The notes beneath the pieces were generated by a model. It made no database searches. It worked only from the letters and a program-made list of their open reading frames with translations, and was not told the origin of the DNA. A stretch of DNA of 64,000 bases from Terricaulis sp. (GTDB taxonomy: Bacteria > Pseudomonadota > Alphaproteobacteria > Caulobacterales > Aquidulcibacteraceae): assembly GCA_037200505.1 (NCBI GenBank), contig JBBCFZ010000009.1:235379-299378 (forward strand), written 5' to 3'. Shown in pieces: positions 52,863-61,628 of this stretch; the first letter of the stretch is position 1; the number at the start of each line of letters is the position of its first letter. A program made the translations under genes and the position numbers.

Positions 52863-55523
52863 ATGATCGAGACCACTTTCGACCCGAAATCCGTCGAGCC
52901 GCGCTGGAGCGAGGCTTGGGAGCAATCGGGCGCGTTCCAGCCCAAGAAAGACGCCAAGGCCGAGGCGTTCTGCATTGTCATCCCGCCGCCGAACGTGACG
53001 GGATCGCTGCATATCGGCCATGCGCTCAACAACACTTTGCAAGACGTGCTGGCGCGCTTCGAGCGGCTGCGCGGCAAGTCGGTGCTGTGGCAGCCCGGCA
53101 TGGATCACGCCGGCATCGCGACGCAGATGGTGGTGGAGCGCCAGCTCGCTGCCGAAGGCAATCAGGATCGCCGTGCGCTTGGGCGTGAGGCGTTTTTGGA
53201 ACGCGTCTGGGAATGGAAGGCGCAATCGGGCGGGCGTATTCTGGAGCAGCTGCGGCGGCTCGGCGCGTCCTGCGATTGGTCGCGCGAGCGCTTCACGTTG
53301 GACGAAGGGCTCAGCGCCGCGGTGCGCAAGGTGTTCGTGCAACTGCACAAGGACGGCCTCATCTACAAGGACAAGCGTCTTGTGAATTGGGACCCGCATT
53401 TCGAAACCGCGATCTCCGATCTTGAAGTGGTGTCGAAGGACGTCGCCGGCACGATGTGGAAGATTGCGTATCCGCTTGAAGATAGCAGCGGCGAGATCGT
53501 GGTAGCGACGACGCGGCCGGAGACGGTGCTGGGCGATGTTGCTGTTGCGGTGAACCCGAAGGACGAGCGCTATCAAGGGCTGATCGGCAAGCGCGTGCGC
53601 TTGCCGCTGACGGATCGGCTGATCCCGATCGTCGCGGATGATTACGCCGATCCAGAAGCGGGCACCGGCGCGGTGAAGATCACGCCGGCGCACGACTTTA
53701 ACGATTTCAAGGTCGCGAAGCGGCACGACCTGCCGATGATCAATATCTTCACCAGCCGCGCGGCGTTGAACGAGAGCGTGCCGCAAGAATTTCGAGGCAT
53801 GGATCGCTTCATCGCGCGCGATGCGGTGTTGAAGCGCCTGGAAGATGAGGGCCTGCGGCGCGGGGAAGATGCGATCCGCCATAGTGAGCCGCATGGCGAT
53901 CGTTCGGGCGTGGTGGTTGAGCCTTGGCTGACGGATCAGTGGTATGTCGATGCGCCGAAGCTGGCGGTGAGCGCGATCGCCGCCGTCGAGCAGGGCGACA
54001 CCGCGTTCATCCCGAAGAATTGGGAAAAGACCTATTTCGAATGGATGCGCAATATCGAGCCCTGGTGCGTGTCGCGCCAGCTCTGGTGGGGCCATCGCAT
54101 TCCGGCTTGGTATGGGCCTGATGGCGCGATTTTCGTCGAGGAAGACGAAGCCGCCGCCAATGCCGCCGCGCGCAAGAAATATGGCGCTGAAGCGGAGCTG
54201 CGTCAGGACGAAGACGTTCTCGACACCTGGTTCTCCTCCGCGCTCTGGCCCTTCTCCACGCTTGGATGGCCGGAGAAGACGCCCGAACTGAAGCGCTTTT
54301 ATCCCACCGCCACGCTCGTCACCGCGCATGACATCATTTTCTTCTGGGTCGCGCGCATGATGATGATGGGGCTGCACTTCATGAAGGAAGTGCCGTTCCG
54401 CGAAGTTTATATCCACGCTTTGGTGCGCGACGCGTCGGGCGCGAAGATGTCGAAGTCCAAGGGCAACGTGCTCGATCCCTTGGATCTGGTGGACAAATAC
54501 GGCGCCGATGCGCTCCGGTTCACGCTCGCCGCGATGGCGGCGCAGGGGCGCGACATTAAGCTTAGCGAACAACGCATCGAGAGTTCGCGCAATTTCGGCA
54601 CCAAGCTTTGGAACGCGGCGCGCTTTTGTCAGATGAACGAATGCGCGGTGTGGGATGAGTTCGATCCCGCGAGCCCGAAGGAAAAGATCAATCGCTGGAT
54701 CATCGGCGAGACGGCCAAGACGGTCGCGAAGGTGACCGAAGAGCTGGAGGCGCGGCGTTTCAATGAAGCGGCGGCGACGCTCTATCGCTTCGTGTGGAAT
54801 GTGTTCTGCGATTGGTATCTGGAATTCATCAAGCCGATGCTGAGCGGTGAGGACGAAGCGGCGAAGTCCGAAACGCGCCGCACGGCGGCGTGGACGCTCG
54901 ATCAAATCTTGACTCTGCTTCACCCCTTCATGCCGTTCATCACGGAAGAATTGTGGGCGCGCCTCGGGGAATTCGGCCAGAAGCGCGATGGGATGCTGAT
55001 CACCTCGCCTTGGCCGAAAGTGCCGCTGTCGTTGGTCGATGCGGAGGCCGAGGGCGAGATTGAATGGATGGTGCGGCTGATCGCGGAAACGCGCTCGACG
55101 CGCTCGGAGCTTAATGTGCCGCCGGCCGCAAAAATTCCGCTGCTGCTGATTGGCGCGGATCAAGCGACGGAGGTGCGGCTTGAGCGCTACCAAAACCTGA
55201 TCGATCGGATGGGGCGCCTCGAATATTCCACCAGCGCCGAAGCGCCGCCGCCGGGCTCGGTGACGTTCGTGCTCGATGGCGCGACGGTGGCGCTGCCGCT
55301 GGAAGGCATTGTCGATTTCGCCGCGGAGACCGAGCGGCTGAAGAAAGACGTCGCCAAGCTCGACGCGGAAATTTCCAAGACCGAAGCCAAGCTCGCGAAC
55401 GCGGACTTCATCGCGCGTGCGCCGGAAGAAGTGGTCGAGGAGCAGCGCGAGCGCTTGGACGAAGCCAAGTCCACACGCGCGAAACTCGATGCGGCGCGTG
55501 AGCGCTTGGCGGCGGCGCAATAG
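52863..55523 (+). CDS. valS: Valine--tRNA ligase
   Basis: PPPNVTGSLHIGHA, GTGAVKITPAHD, SRQLWWGHRIP, KMSKSKGN, C-terminal coiled coil. Confidence 0.98.
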   Translation: MIETTFDPKSVEPRWSEAWEQSGAFQPKKDAKAEAFCIVIPPPNVTGSLHIGHALNNTLQDVLARFERLRGKSVLWQPGMDHAGIATQMVVERQLAAEGNQDRRALGREAFLERVWEWKAQSGGRILEQLRRLGASCDWSRERFTLDEGLSAAVRKVFVQLHKDGLIYKDKRLVNWDPHFETAISDLEVVSKDVAGTMWKIAYPLEDSSGEIVVATTRPETVLGDVAVAVNPKDERYQGLIGKRVRLPLTDRLIPIVADDYADPEAGTGAVKITPAHDFNDFKVAKRHDLPMINIFTSRAALNESVPQEFRGMDRFIARDAVLKRLEDEGLRRGEDAIRHSEPHGDRSGVVVEPWLTDQWYVDAPKLAVSAIAAVEQGDTAFIPKNWEKTYFEWMRNIEPWCVSRQLWWGHRIPAWYGPDGAIFVEEDEAAANAAARKKYGAEAELRQDEDVLDTWFSSALWPFSTLGWPEKTPELKRFYPTATLVTAHDIIFFWVARMMMMGLHFMKEVPFREVYIHALVRDASGAKMSKSKGNVLDPLDLVDKYGADALRFTLAAMAAQGRDIKLSEQRIESSRNFGTKLWNAARFCQMNECAVWDEFDPASPKEKINRWIIGETAKTVAKVTEELEARRFNEAAATLYRFVWNVFCDWYLEFIKPMLSGEDEAAKSETRRTAAWTLDQILTLLHPFMPFITEELWARLGEFGQKRDGMLITSPWPKVPLSLVDAEAEGEIEWMVRLIAETRSTRSELNVPPAAKIPLLLIGADQATEVRLERYQNLIDRMGRLEYSTSAEAPPPGSVTFVLDGATVALPLEGIVDFAAETERLKKDVAKLDAEISKTEAKLANADFIARAPEEVVEEQRERLDEAKSTRAKLDAARERLAAAQ

Positions 55524-56533
55524 TGCGCCTCTTCGTCACCGGCGCCTCGGGCTTCGTGGGTGGCGCGGCGACGAAGACACTGATTGCGAGCGGGCATCCG
55601 GTACGCGCGATGTCGCGCTCGGAAAAGTCGGACGCGGCGCTGCGTGGTTTGGGCGCCGAGCCGGTGCGGTGCGATCTGGAGAATATCGCGGCATCGCATA
55701 TCGGCGACGCGGAGGTGGTCCTGCATTGCGCCGCGTTCGTGGAGCAATGGGGTCCGCGCGATGCGTGGCGCAAGTTTAACGTCGAAGGCACGGCCAAGAC
55801 GTTGAAGGCGGCGCGCGAGGCGGGCGTGCGGCGTTTCATCCATATTGGTACGGAAGCGGCGCTGTTTCACGGACAGCATCTGCGCGGTGTGGATGAGACC
55901 TACCCCCTCGCGCCCAATTCGCCCTATCCATACTCGGCGACGAAAGCGCAGGCTGAAGCGCTGGTGCGCGCCGCGAACCGGACCGCCGGCGCCCCGCCGG
56001 CCAACATTGATGCCGGCGAGGGCGCCGGCGGTCCGTTTGAGACCATCGTGCTTAGGCCGCGCTTCATCTGGGGGCCAGGCGACACCACGCTGTTGCCGGT
56101 GATCGAGGCATTGGCGCGGGCGGGGAAATTTCTCTGGGTCGATGGTGGGCGCTGCAAAACATCGACCACACATATCGACAATCTCGTCCACGCCATCGAA
56201 CTCGCTCTGACGCAAGGCCGCGCCGGAGAGGCGTATTTCATTCTGGACGACGGCGTGCGGCCGATGCGCGAAATGATCGCCGGCTTGGCCGCATCGCGCG
56301 GAGTGGCGCTGCCGGATAAGTCCGTGCCGGCATGGGTGGCGGATGCGTTGGGCGCGGCGTGCGAGGCCGCGTGGCGTGCGTTGCCGCTCAAGGGCGCGCC
56401 GCCGCTGACGCGCTTCTCCGCGATGATCTTGTCGCGCGATGCGGTGTTGAACGACGCCAAGGCGCGGGCGGAGATGGGGTATCGGCCGGTGATTTCGGTC
56501 GAGGATGGCATGGGGGCGCTCGCTTTGGGCTGA
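55523..56533 (+). CDS. NAD-dependent epimerase/dehydratase (3-beta-HSD-like) with in-frame repeat insertion
   Basis: VTGASGFVG, YSATK, LRPRFIWGPGD. Confidence 0.9.
   Translation: MRLFVTGASGFVGGAATKTLIASGHPVRAMSRSEKSDAALRGLGAEPVRCDLENIAASHIGDAEVVLHCAAFVEQWGPRDAWRKFNVEGTAKTLKAAREAGVRRFIHIGTEAALFHGQHLRGVDETYPLAPNSPYPYSATKAQAEALVRAANRTAGAPPANIDAGEGAGGPFETIVLRPRFIWGPGDTTLLPVIEALARAGKFLWVDGGRCKTSTTHIDNLVHAIELALTQGRAGEAYFILDDGVRPMREMIAGLAASRGVALPDKSVPAWVADALGAACEAAWRALPLKGAPPLTRFSAMILSRDAVLNDAKARAEMGYRPVISVEDGMGALALG
55979..56035. repeat. Family C REP-like doublet inserted in frame in the epimerase gene
   Basis: CGGACCGCCGGCGCCCCGCCGGC-CAACATTGAT-GCCGGCGAGGGCGCCGGCGGTCCG, 57 nt = 19 codons. Confidence 0.88.
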
Positions 56534-56606
56534 GCCCGCGCAGCCTAAGCCGTTGCAATCAGGGCCCCGCTTGCTCATGTTCCCGCCGCCAACAGGACGG
56601 AGCGCC

Positions 56607-58325
56607 ATGAGCCGCTGGGATAAATCCAAACTGCCTTCCCGCCATTCGACGATGGGGCCGGAGCGCGCGCCGCACCGCTCGTATCTTTACGCGATGGGGC
56701 TCGGCACGCGCGAGATCGAGCAGCCGTTCGTGGGCGTGGCTTCGTGTTGGAATGAAGCGGCGCCCTGCAACACGGCTTTGATGCGTCAGGCGCACGCAGT
56801 TTCCGCTGGCGTGAAAGCGGCGGGCGCCACGCCGCGTGAGTTTTGCACCATCACCGTCACCGACGGCATTGCGATGGGCCATGAGGGCATGCGCTCTTCG
56901 CTCGTCTCGCGCGAAGTGATCGCCGACAGCGTGGAGCTCACGATACGCGGCCATTCTTATGACGCGTTGGTTGGCGTCGCAGGCTGCGATAAGAGCTTGC
57001 CGGGCATGATGATGGCGATGCTGCGGCTCAATGTGCCGAGCGTCTTTCTCTATGGCGGCTCGATCCTGCCCGGCGTGTGGCGTGGCAAGGAAGTCAATGT
57101 GCGCGACATGTTCGAGGGCGTCGGCGCGCACGCGGCGGGCAATATGTCGCTCGAAGATTTGTGCGATCTGGAGAAGCACGCATGCCCGGGCGATGGCGCG
57201 TGCGGCGGGCAATACACGGCCAACACCATGGCGTGCGTGAGCGAAGCGATTGGCCTTGCGCTGCCGCTCTCGGCGGCGCTGCCGGCGGTTTATGAATCGC
57301 GCGACGCTTACGCCGAGGCCAGCGGGCGCGCGGTGGTCAATCTGATCGAGAAAAACATTCGCCCGCGCGATATCTGCACGCGCGAAGCGTTCGAGAATGC
57401 GGCGATCGTGGTGGCCGCGACCGGCGGCTCGACCAATGGCGGGCTGCACTTGCCCGCGATGGCGCATGAGGCGGGCGTGTCGTTCACGCTTGAGGATATG
57501 GCGCGCGTGTTCAAGAAAACGCCGTGGTTGGTCGATCTGCAACCGGGCGGGAAATATGTGGCGAAGCACATGGGCGAAGCGGGCGGCATGCCGGCTTTGC
57601 TGCGTGTTCTGCTCGATGCGGGGCTGCTGCATGGCGACGTGATGACCGTCACCGGCAAGACGATGCGCGAAAATCTCGAAGGCGTCGTGCTGCGCAAGGA
57701 TCAAGACGTGATCCGGCCAATCGATAAGCCGCTGTCGACGGACGGTGGCGTCGTGGGGCTGTGGGGTTCGCTCGCGCCTGAAGGCGCCATCGTAAAGATC
57801 GCGGGGCTGAAGAATATTGCGTTTCGTGGGCCGGCGCGCGTGTTCGATGGCGAGCAGGCGTGCTTCGATGCGGTGACGCATGAGCAATACAAGGAAGGCG
57901 AAGTGTTGGTGATCCGCTACGAAGGTCCGCGTGGCGGGCCGGGTATGCGCGAGATGCTTTCCACCACGGCGGCGCTTTACGGCCAAGGCATGGGCGACAA
58001 AGTCGCGCTGATCACGGATGGGCGCTTCTCTGGCGCGACGCGCGGGTTCTGCATTGGCCATGTGGGGCCGGAAGCGCAGCTGGGCGGGCCGATCGCGCTC
58101 ATCAAGGATGGCGATATCATCGCGATCGACGCGGCTACGGGCCGGATCGATCTCGAAGTCAGCGAGGCAGAACTCGCCGAGCGCAGGAAAGCCTGGGCGC
58201 CGCGCAAGACGAATTACAATTCGGGCGCGCTCTACAAATACGCGCAAGGCGTCGGCCCCGCGCATCTGGGGGCGGTGACGCATCCGGGCGCGGCGGCGGA
58301 AACGCATGTCTATGCGGATATTTGA
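56607..58325 (+). CDS. ilvD: Dihydroxy-acid dehydratase
   Basis: PCN, TDGIAMGH.GM..SL.SRE, GCDKSLPG, ACGGQYTANTM, GGPGMREML, TDGRFSG. Confidence 0.97.
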   Translation: MSRWDKSKLPSRHSTMGPERAPHRSYLYAMGLGTREIEQPFVGVASCWNEAAPCNTALMRQAHAVSAGVKAAGATPREFCTITVTDGIAMGHEGMRSSLVSREVIADSVELTIRGHSYDALVGVAGCDKSLPGMMMAMLRLNVPSVFLYGGSILPGVWRGKEVNVRDMFEGVGAHAAGNMSLEDLCDLEKHACPGDGACGGQYTANTMACVSEAIGLALPLSAALPAVYESRDAYAEASGRAVVNLIEKNIRPRDICTREAFENAAIVVAATGGSTNGGLHLPAMAHEAGVSFTLEDMARVFKKTPWLVDLQPGGKYVAKHMGEAGGMPALLRVLLDAGLLHGDVMTVTGKTMRENLEGVVLRKDQDVIRPIDKPLSTDGGVVGLWGSLAPEGAIVKIAGLKNIAFRGPARVFDGEQACFDAVTHEQYKEGEVLVIRYEGPRGGPGMREMLSTTAALYGQGMGDKVALITDGRFSGATRGFCIGHVGPEAQLGGPIALIKDGDIIAIDAATGRIDLEVSEAELAERRKAWAPRKTNYNSGALYKYAQGVGPAHLGAVTHPGAAAETHVYADI

Positions 58326-59296
58326 CCGTGACTGATCAACCCGCCTCGGAAGCCGCCGATCTCGTCGCCTTGGATGATGCTGGCTTTCAGCGGCTGTACG
58401 ACACGCGCATCGGGCCGGCATTTGCAAGCCATGAAGCGGCGCGTGTGGCCGGCGTGGATAAATTCCGCAGCCGCATGATCATCGGGTTTCCGGCGAGCTT
58501 GATCCTCGGCGCGCTGGCGATGCTGCAGTTCGACAATACGGGCGTGGGGTTCGCGGCTGCTGTTGTTGGGTTCGTGATCACGGGTATCTACGCTTACGCG
58601 CCGCTGAGCGTGGTGAAAGGGCAGGTGAAGCTTGCCTCGCTCACCGCGCTTGCGGAAGCGATGGGCGTGACGTTCACGCTCGCGGCGTTCGCACCGCCGG
58701 CGTTCGCGCGCTACCGCGAGTTGGGATTGTTGCCGGGGCATGATCGCTCGAAATTCGAGGATTTGTTTCAGGGCAATTACAAGCGCGCGGCGTTCGATCT
58801 TTATGAAGCGCATCTCGAACAACGCCACACCGACAGCAAGGGCCGCACGACTTGGACGACCGCGTTTCGCGGGCAAATCGTCAGGCTCGGCTTTCCGCGC
58901 AAATTTCTGGGCGTCACCATCGTGCGGCGGGATGCGGGGATTTTGAACGTCTTTGGCGGCGGGAAGAATCTGGAGCGCGTGGGTCTGGAAGATCCGGTGT
59001 TTGAGAAGGCGTTTGAAGTGTTTGGCACCGATCAGGTGGAGGCGCGGTATCTGCTGCATCCGGTGTTTATGCAACGGCTGGTCGATCTGGAGACGGCGCT
59101 GAAGGGCAAGAAGCTGCGTTGCGCGTTCGAGCAGGGCGACCTGCTGATTGCGATCGAAGGCGGCAATCTGTTTGAACCGGGCGATATGTTCAAGCCGCTC
59201 GCCGATCCTGCTCGTGCGCGCAAGATCGTCGATGACATCGCGGGCGTGCTGCGCGTGATGGATAGCGTGCTGACGGCGCAGGCGGCGCGGGGGTGA
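58322..59296 (+). CDS. DUF3137 domain membrane protein
   Basis: Two N-terminal TM helices; LEDPVFEKAFEVFGTDQVEARYLLHPVFMQRL. Confidence 0.85.
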   Translation: MTVTDQPASEAADLVALDDAGFQRLYDTRIGPAFASHEAARVAGVDKFRSRMIIGFPASLILGALAMLQFDNTGVGFAAAVVGFVITGIYAYAPLSVVKGQVKLASLTALAEAMGVTFTLAAFAPPAFARYRELGLLPGHDRSKFEDLFQGNYKRAAFDLYEAHLEQRHTDSKGRTTWTTAFRGQIVRLGFPRKFLGVTIVRRDAGILNVFGGGKNLERVGLEDPVFEKAFEVFGTDQVEARYLLHPVFMQRLVDLETALKGKKLRCAFEQGDLLIAIEGGNLFEPGDMFKPLADPARARKIVDDIAGVLRVMDSVLTAQAARG

Positions 59297-59302
59297 GCTC
59301 CC

Positions 59303-59472
59303 ATGCTCGCCCTTGATGGGCGAGCTGTCGGCGCGTAGCGACGACTGAGTGGGTGATGGCGCCGTGCCTGCAGGAATAGAGCTGTCACCCACTCCGGCCG
59401 CGCGCTTCCGCCTTCGCTAAAGCTACGGCGGACAAGTCGCGCGCGTCCACCTCGCCCAACAAGGGCGAGGAT
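59303..59472. repeat. Family A repeat (with nested short palindrome)
   Basis: ATGCTCGCCCTTGATGGGCGAGCTGTC...CCACCTCGCCCAACAAGGGCGAGGAT. Confidence 0.9.
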
Positions 59473-59480
59473 GAGGGCGG

Positions 59481-60518
59481 CTAGCGCGCGGTGAGATCGA
59501 CTAAGCCGCCGCGCCCGGCTTCATCGCCAATCGCGAGCCAAAGGCCGTCGGCGCTCCAGGCGAGTGCGCTGACGGGGCCTTCGCCGGGTTCGTCGAGAGG
59601 GATGTCGATCTGATCGGCGAGACGCACGGCGTGCGCGGCGCCGTCGCTGTAGCCGATGGCGACGATTTCTTCGGTGGGATGAAATGCGACCGCGGTGACG
59701 AGCGCTTCGCGGCGTCCGAGCAGCAGCGGTGTTTTGCCTTGCGGGCCGAGTTTGCCGACGAAGGGCCACACCACCGCGCAATCGGCGCCGCTGGTGGCGA
59801 GCCAGCGGCCGCGTTTGTCCCAGGAGAGAAAGCGCGATTTGGCGGCGTAACCGCTCATGCGCAGATCGAGTTTCTCCGGCATGCGCCAGCCGTGGAGTTC
59901 GCTTTCCTGCATGGCGGAGACGACATAGTCCGCGTCCGGTGAGAGCGTAACATTGAGGTGGGAGCCCGCCCATGCGAGCGCGACGCCCTTATCATCCGCC
60001 ATCAGCACATAGCGCAGCGTGACGCCGCCATAATGGCTGACCGCAAGGCGGCGGCCCTTGGCGTCGAGCGCGAGGCCGCCGATGGTTGAGGCGTGCGCGA
60101 AGCGATGCAGCTCCGCGCCATTCTTGAACACGATGGCGTTCTTGCCGACGCCCGCGACGATCACGCCGGACGTGGCGTTCGTCGCGATGTTGTCGACCCA
60201 TTTGCCGCGAAAATCGGCGATGGGTTCGACGCTGCCGTCTTGCGTGATTGCATTGAGCTTGCCGTCATCGCCGCCGGTGACGAGACGTTTGCCATCGGGA
60301 TGCAGCGCGGCGCTGAGGATTGCGCCGTCATGCGCTTCGATGCGGACCGCCGGCTTCCAGCCGGCATCTTTCTGGCCGGCTGGAAGCCGGCGGTCCGACA
60401 CGAGCACGGCGCCGTCGCCAAGCGTGAAAAGCGCTTGATCGCCGATCCAATGCACGCCTGTCGCGGGTGCGCCGATGGCGAGGCGGCGGCCTTGGGAATA
60501 GACGAGGACGTCGCTCAC
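59481..60518 (-). CDS. WD40 repeat protein (CobW-associated) with in-frame palindrome insertion
   Basis: AHDGAIL...HPDGKRLVTGGDDG, W.GSH..VT.SPD, VTAVAFHP, VSALAWSADG. Confidence 0.88.
   Translation of the reverse strand: MSDVLVYSQGRRLAIGAPATGVHWIGDQALFTLGDGAVLVSDRRLPAGQKDAGWKPAVRIEAHDGAILSAALHPDGKRLVTGGDDGKLNAITQDGSVEPIADFRGKWVDNIATNATSGVIVAGVGKNAIVFKNGAELHRFAHASTIGGLALDAKGRRLAVSHYGGVTLRYVLMADDKGVALAWAGSHLNVTLSPDADYVVSAMQESELHGWRMPEKLDLRMSGYAAKSRFLSWDKRGRWLATSGADCAVVWPFVGKLGPQGKTPLLLGRREALVTAVAFHPTEEIVAIGYSDGAAHAVRLADQIDIPLDEPGEGPVSALAWSADGLWLAIGDEAGRGGLVDLTAR
60343..60397. repeat. REP-like doublet (family C variant) inside the WD40 gene
   Basis: CGGACCGCCGGCTTCCAGCCGGC-ATCTTTCTG-GCCGGCTGGAAGCCGGCGGTCCG, perfect 23-bp inverted arms. 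Confidence 0.85.
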
Positions 60519-61561
60519 GCCGCGCAGGCCAGGAACGCGGCTTCGATTTCGGCGCGGTCGAGATCGCGGCCGATGAAGACGAGGCGCGAGGTGCGCTGCT
60601 CCCCTTCCTTCCAGTCGCGCTGCGTGTCGCCTTCGAGGATCATGTGGACGCCTTGGATGACGAAGCGTTTCGGCTCATCCGGGAACGCGATGATGCCCTT
60701 GAGGCGGAGAATGTCGGGGCCGCGCGCCTGGGTGAAATCGTTGAGCCAGGGCAGCAGCTTGCCAGGATCGATCAGCTTGTCGGTGGAGAGCGAGACGCTG
60801 GCGATGCCGGAAGCAGCGACATGATCTTCGTGATCATGGTGATGATGATGGTCGTGGCCGTGGTGATCGCGATCATGGTCGTGATCATGATGCGCACAGG
60901 CGTCGTCGCAATCGTGATCGGGCAGGAAATGCGGGTCGATATCGGTGACGCGGTCGAGATCGAAGGCGCCTTGATCCAAAATCTTATCGAGCGCGATGGC
61001 GGAGCGCTCGGTCTTGTGGATGCGCGCCGTGGGATTGATGGCGCGGATGCGGCGTTCCAGCGCGCTCATGTCGTCGGCGCTCACGAGATCGGCCTTGTTG
61101 AGCAGGATGACGTCCGCGAAGGCGATCTGCTCGACAGCTTCGGGTGAATCTTCGAGACGCAGCGGCAGATGCTTTGCGTCAGCGACCGTCACGATGGCGT
61201 CGAGGCGTGTCTTGGCGCGCACATCGGAATCGACGAAAAAGGTCTGCGCAACCGGCGCCGGTTTGGCGAGGCCGGTGGTCTCAACCAGGATCGCGTCGAA
61301 GCGGCCTTTGCGCTTCATCAGGCCTTCGATGACGCGGATCAAATCGCCGCGCACCGTGCAGCACACGCAGCCATTGTTCATCTCGAACACTTCTTCGTCG
61401 GCGTCGACGATGAGATCATTGTCGATGCCGATTTCGCCGAACTCATTGACGATGACGGCGAAGCGCTTGCCGTGCTGCTCAGTCAAAATGCGGTTCAGGA
61501 GGGTGGTCTTGCCGGCGCCGAGATAGCCGGTGAGGACGGTGACGGGGACAGGTTCGCTCAT
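60515..61561 (-). CDS. CobW/COG0523 family metallochaperone GTPase
   Basis: TGYLGAGKTT, VNEFGE, NGCVCCTVRGDL, ETTGLA, His-rich tract, LRLKG, LVFIGR. Confidence 0.95.
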   Translation of the reverse strand: MSEPVPVTVLTGYLGAGKTTLLNRILTEQHGKRFAVIVNEFGEIGIDNDLIVDADEEVFEMNNGCVCCTVRGDLIRVIEGLMKRKGRFDAILVETTGLAKPAPVAQTFFVDSDVRAKTRLDAIVTVADAKHLPLRLEDSPEAVEQIAFADVILLNKADLVSADDMSALERRIRAINPTARIHKTERSAIALDKILDQGAFDLDRVTDIDPHFLPDHDCDDACAHHDHDHDRDHHGHDHHHHHDHEDHVAASGIASVSLSTDKLIDPGKLLPWLNDFTQARGPDILRLKGIIAFPDEPKRFVIQGVHMILEGDTQRDWKEGEQRTSRLVFIGRDLDRAEIEAAFLACAA

Positions 61562-61628
61562 GGCGGCATAGATAGTCATTCCGGCGCGCTTCGCCAGCGT
61601 CTATAAGGGGCCAAAAGCGGAGGAAAGC

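Noticed and set aside
60820-60920. Trinucleotide-like repeat tract
   Set aside because: Encodes the ordinary His/Asp-rich metal-binding linker of COG0523 proteins
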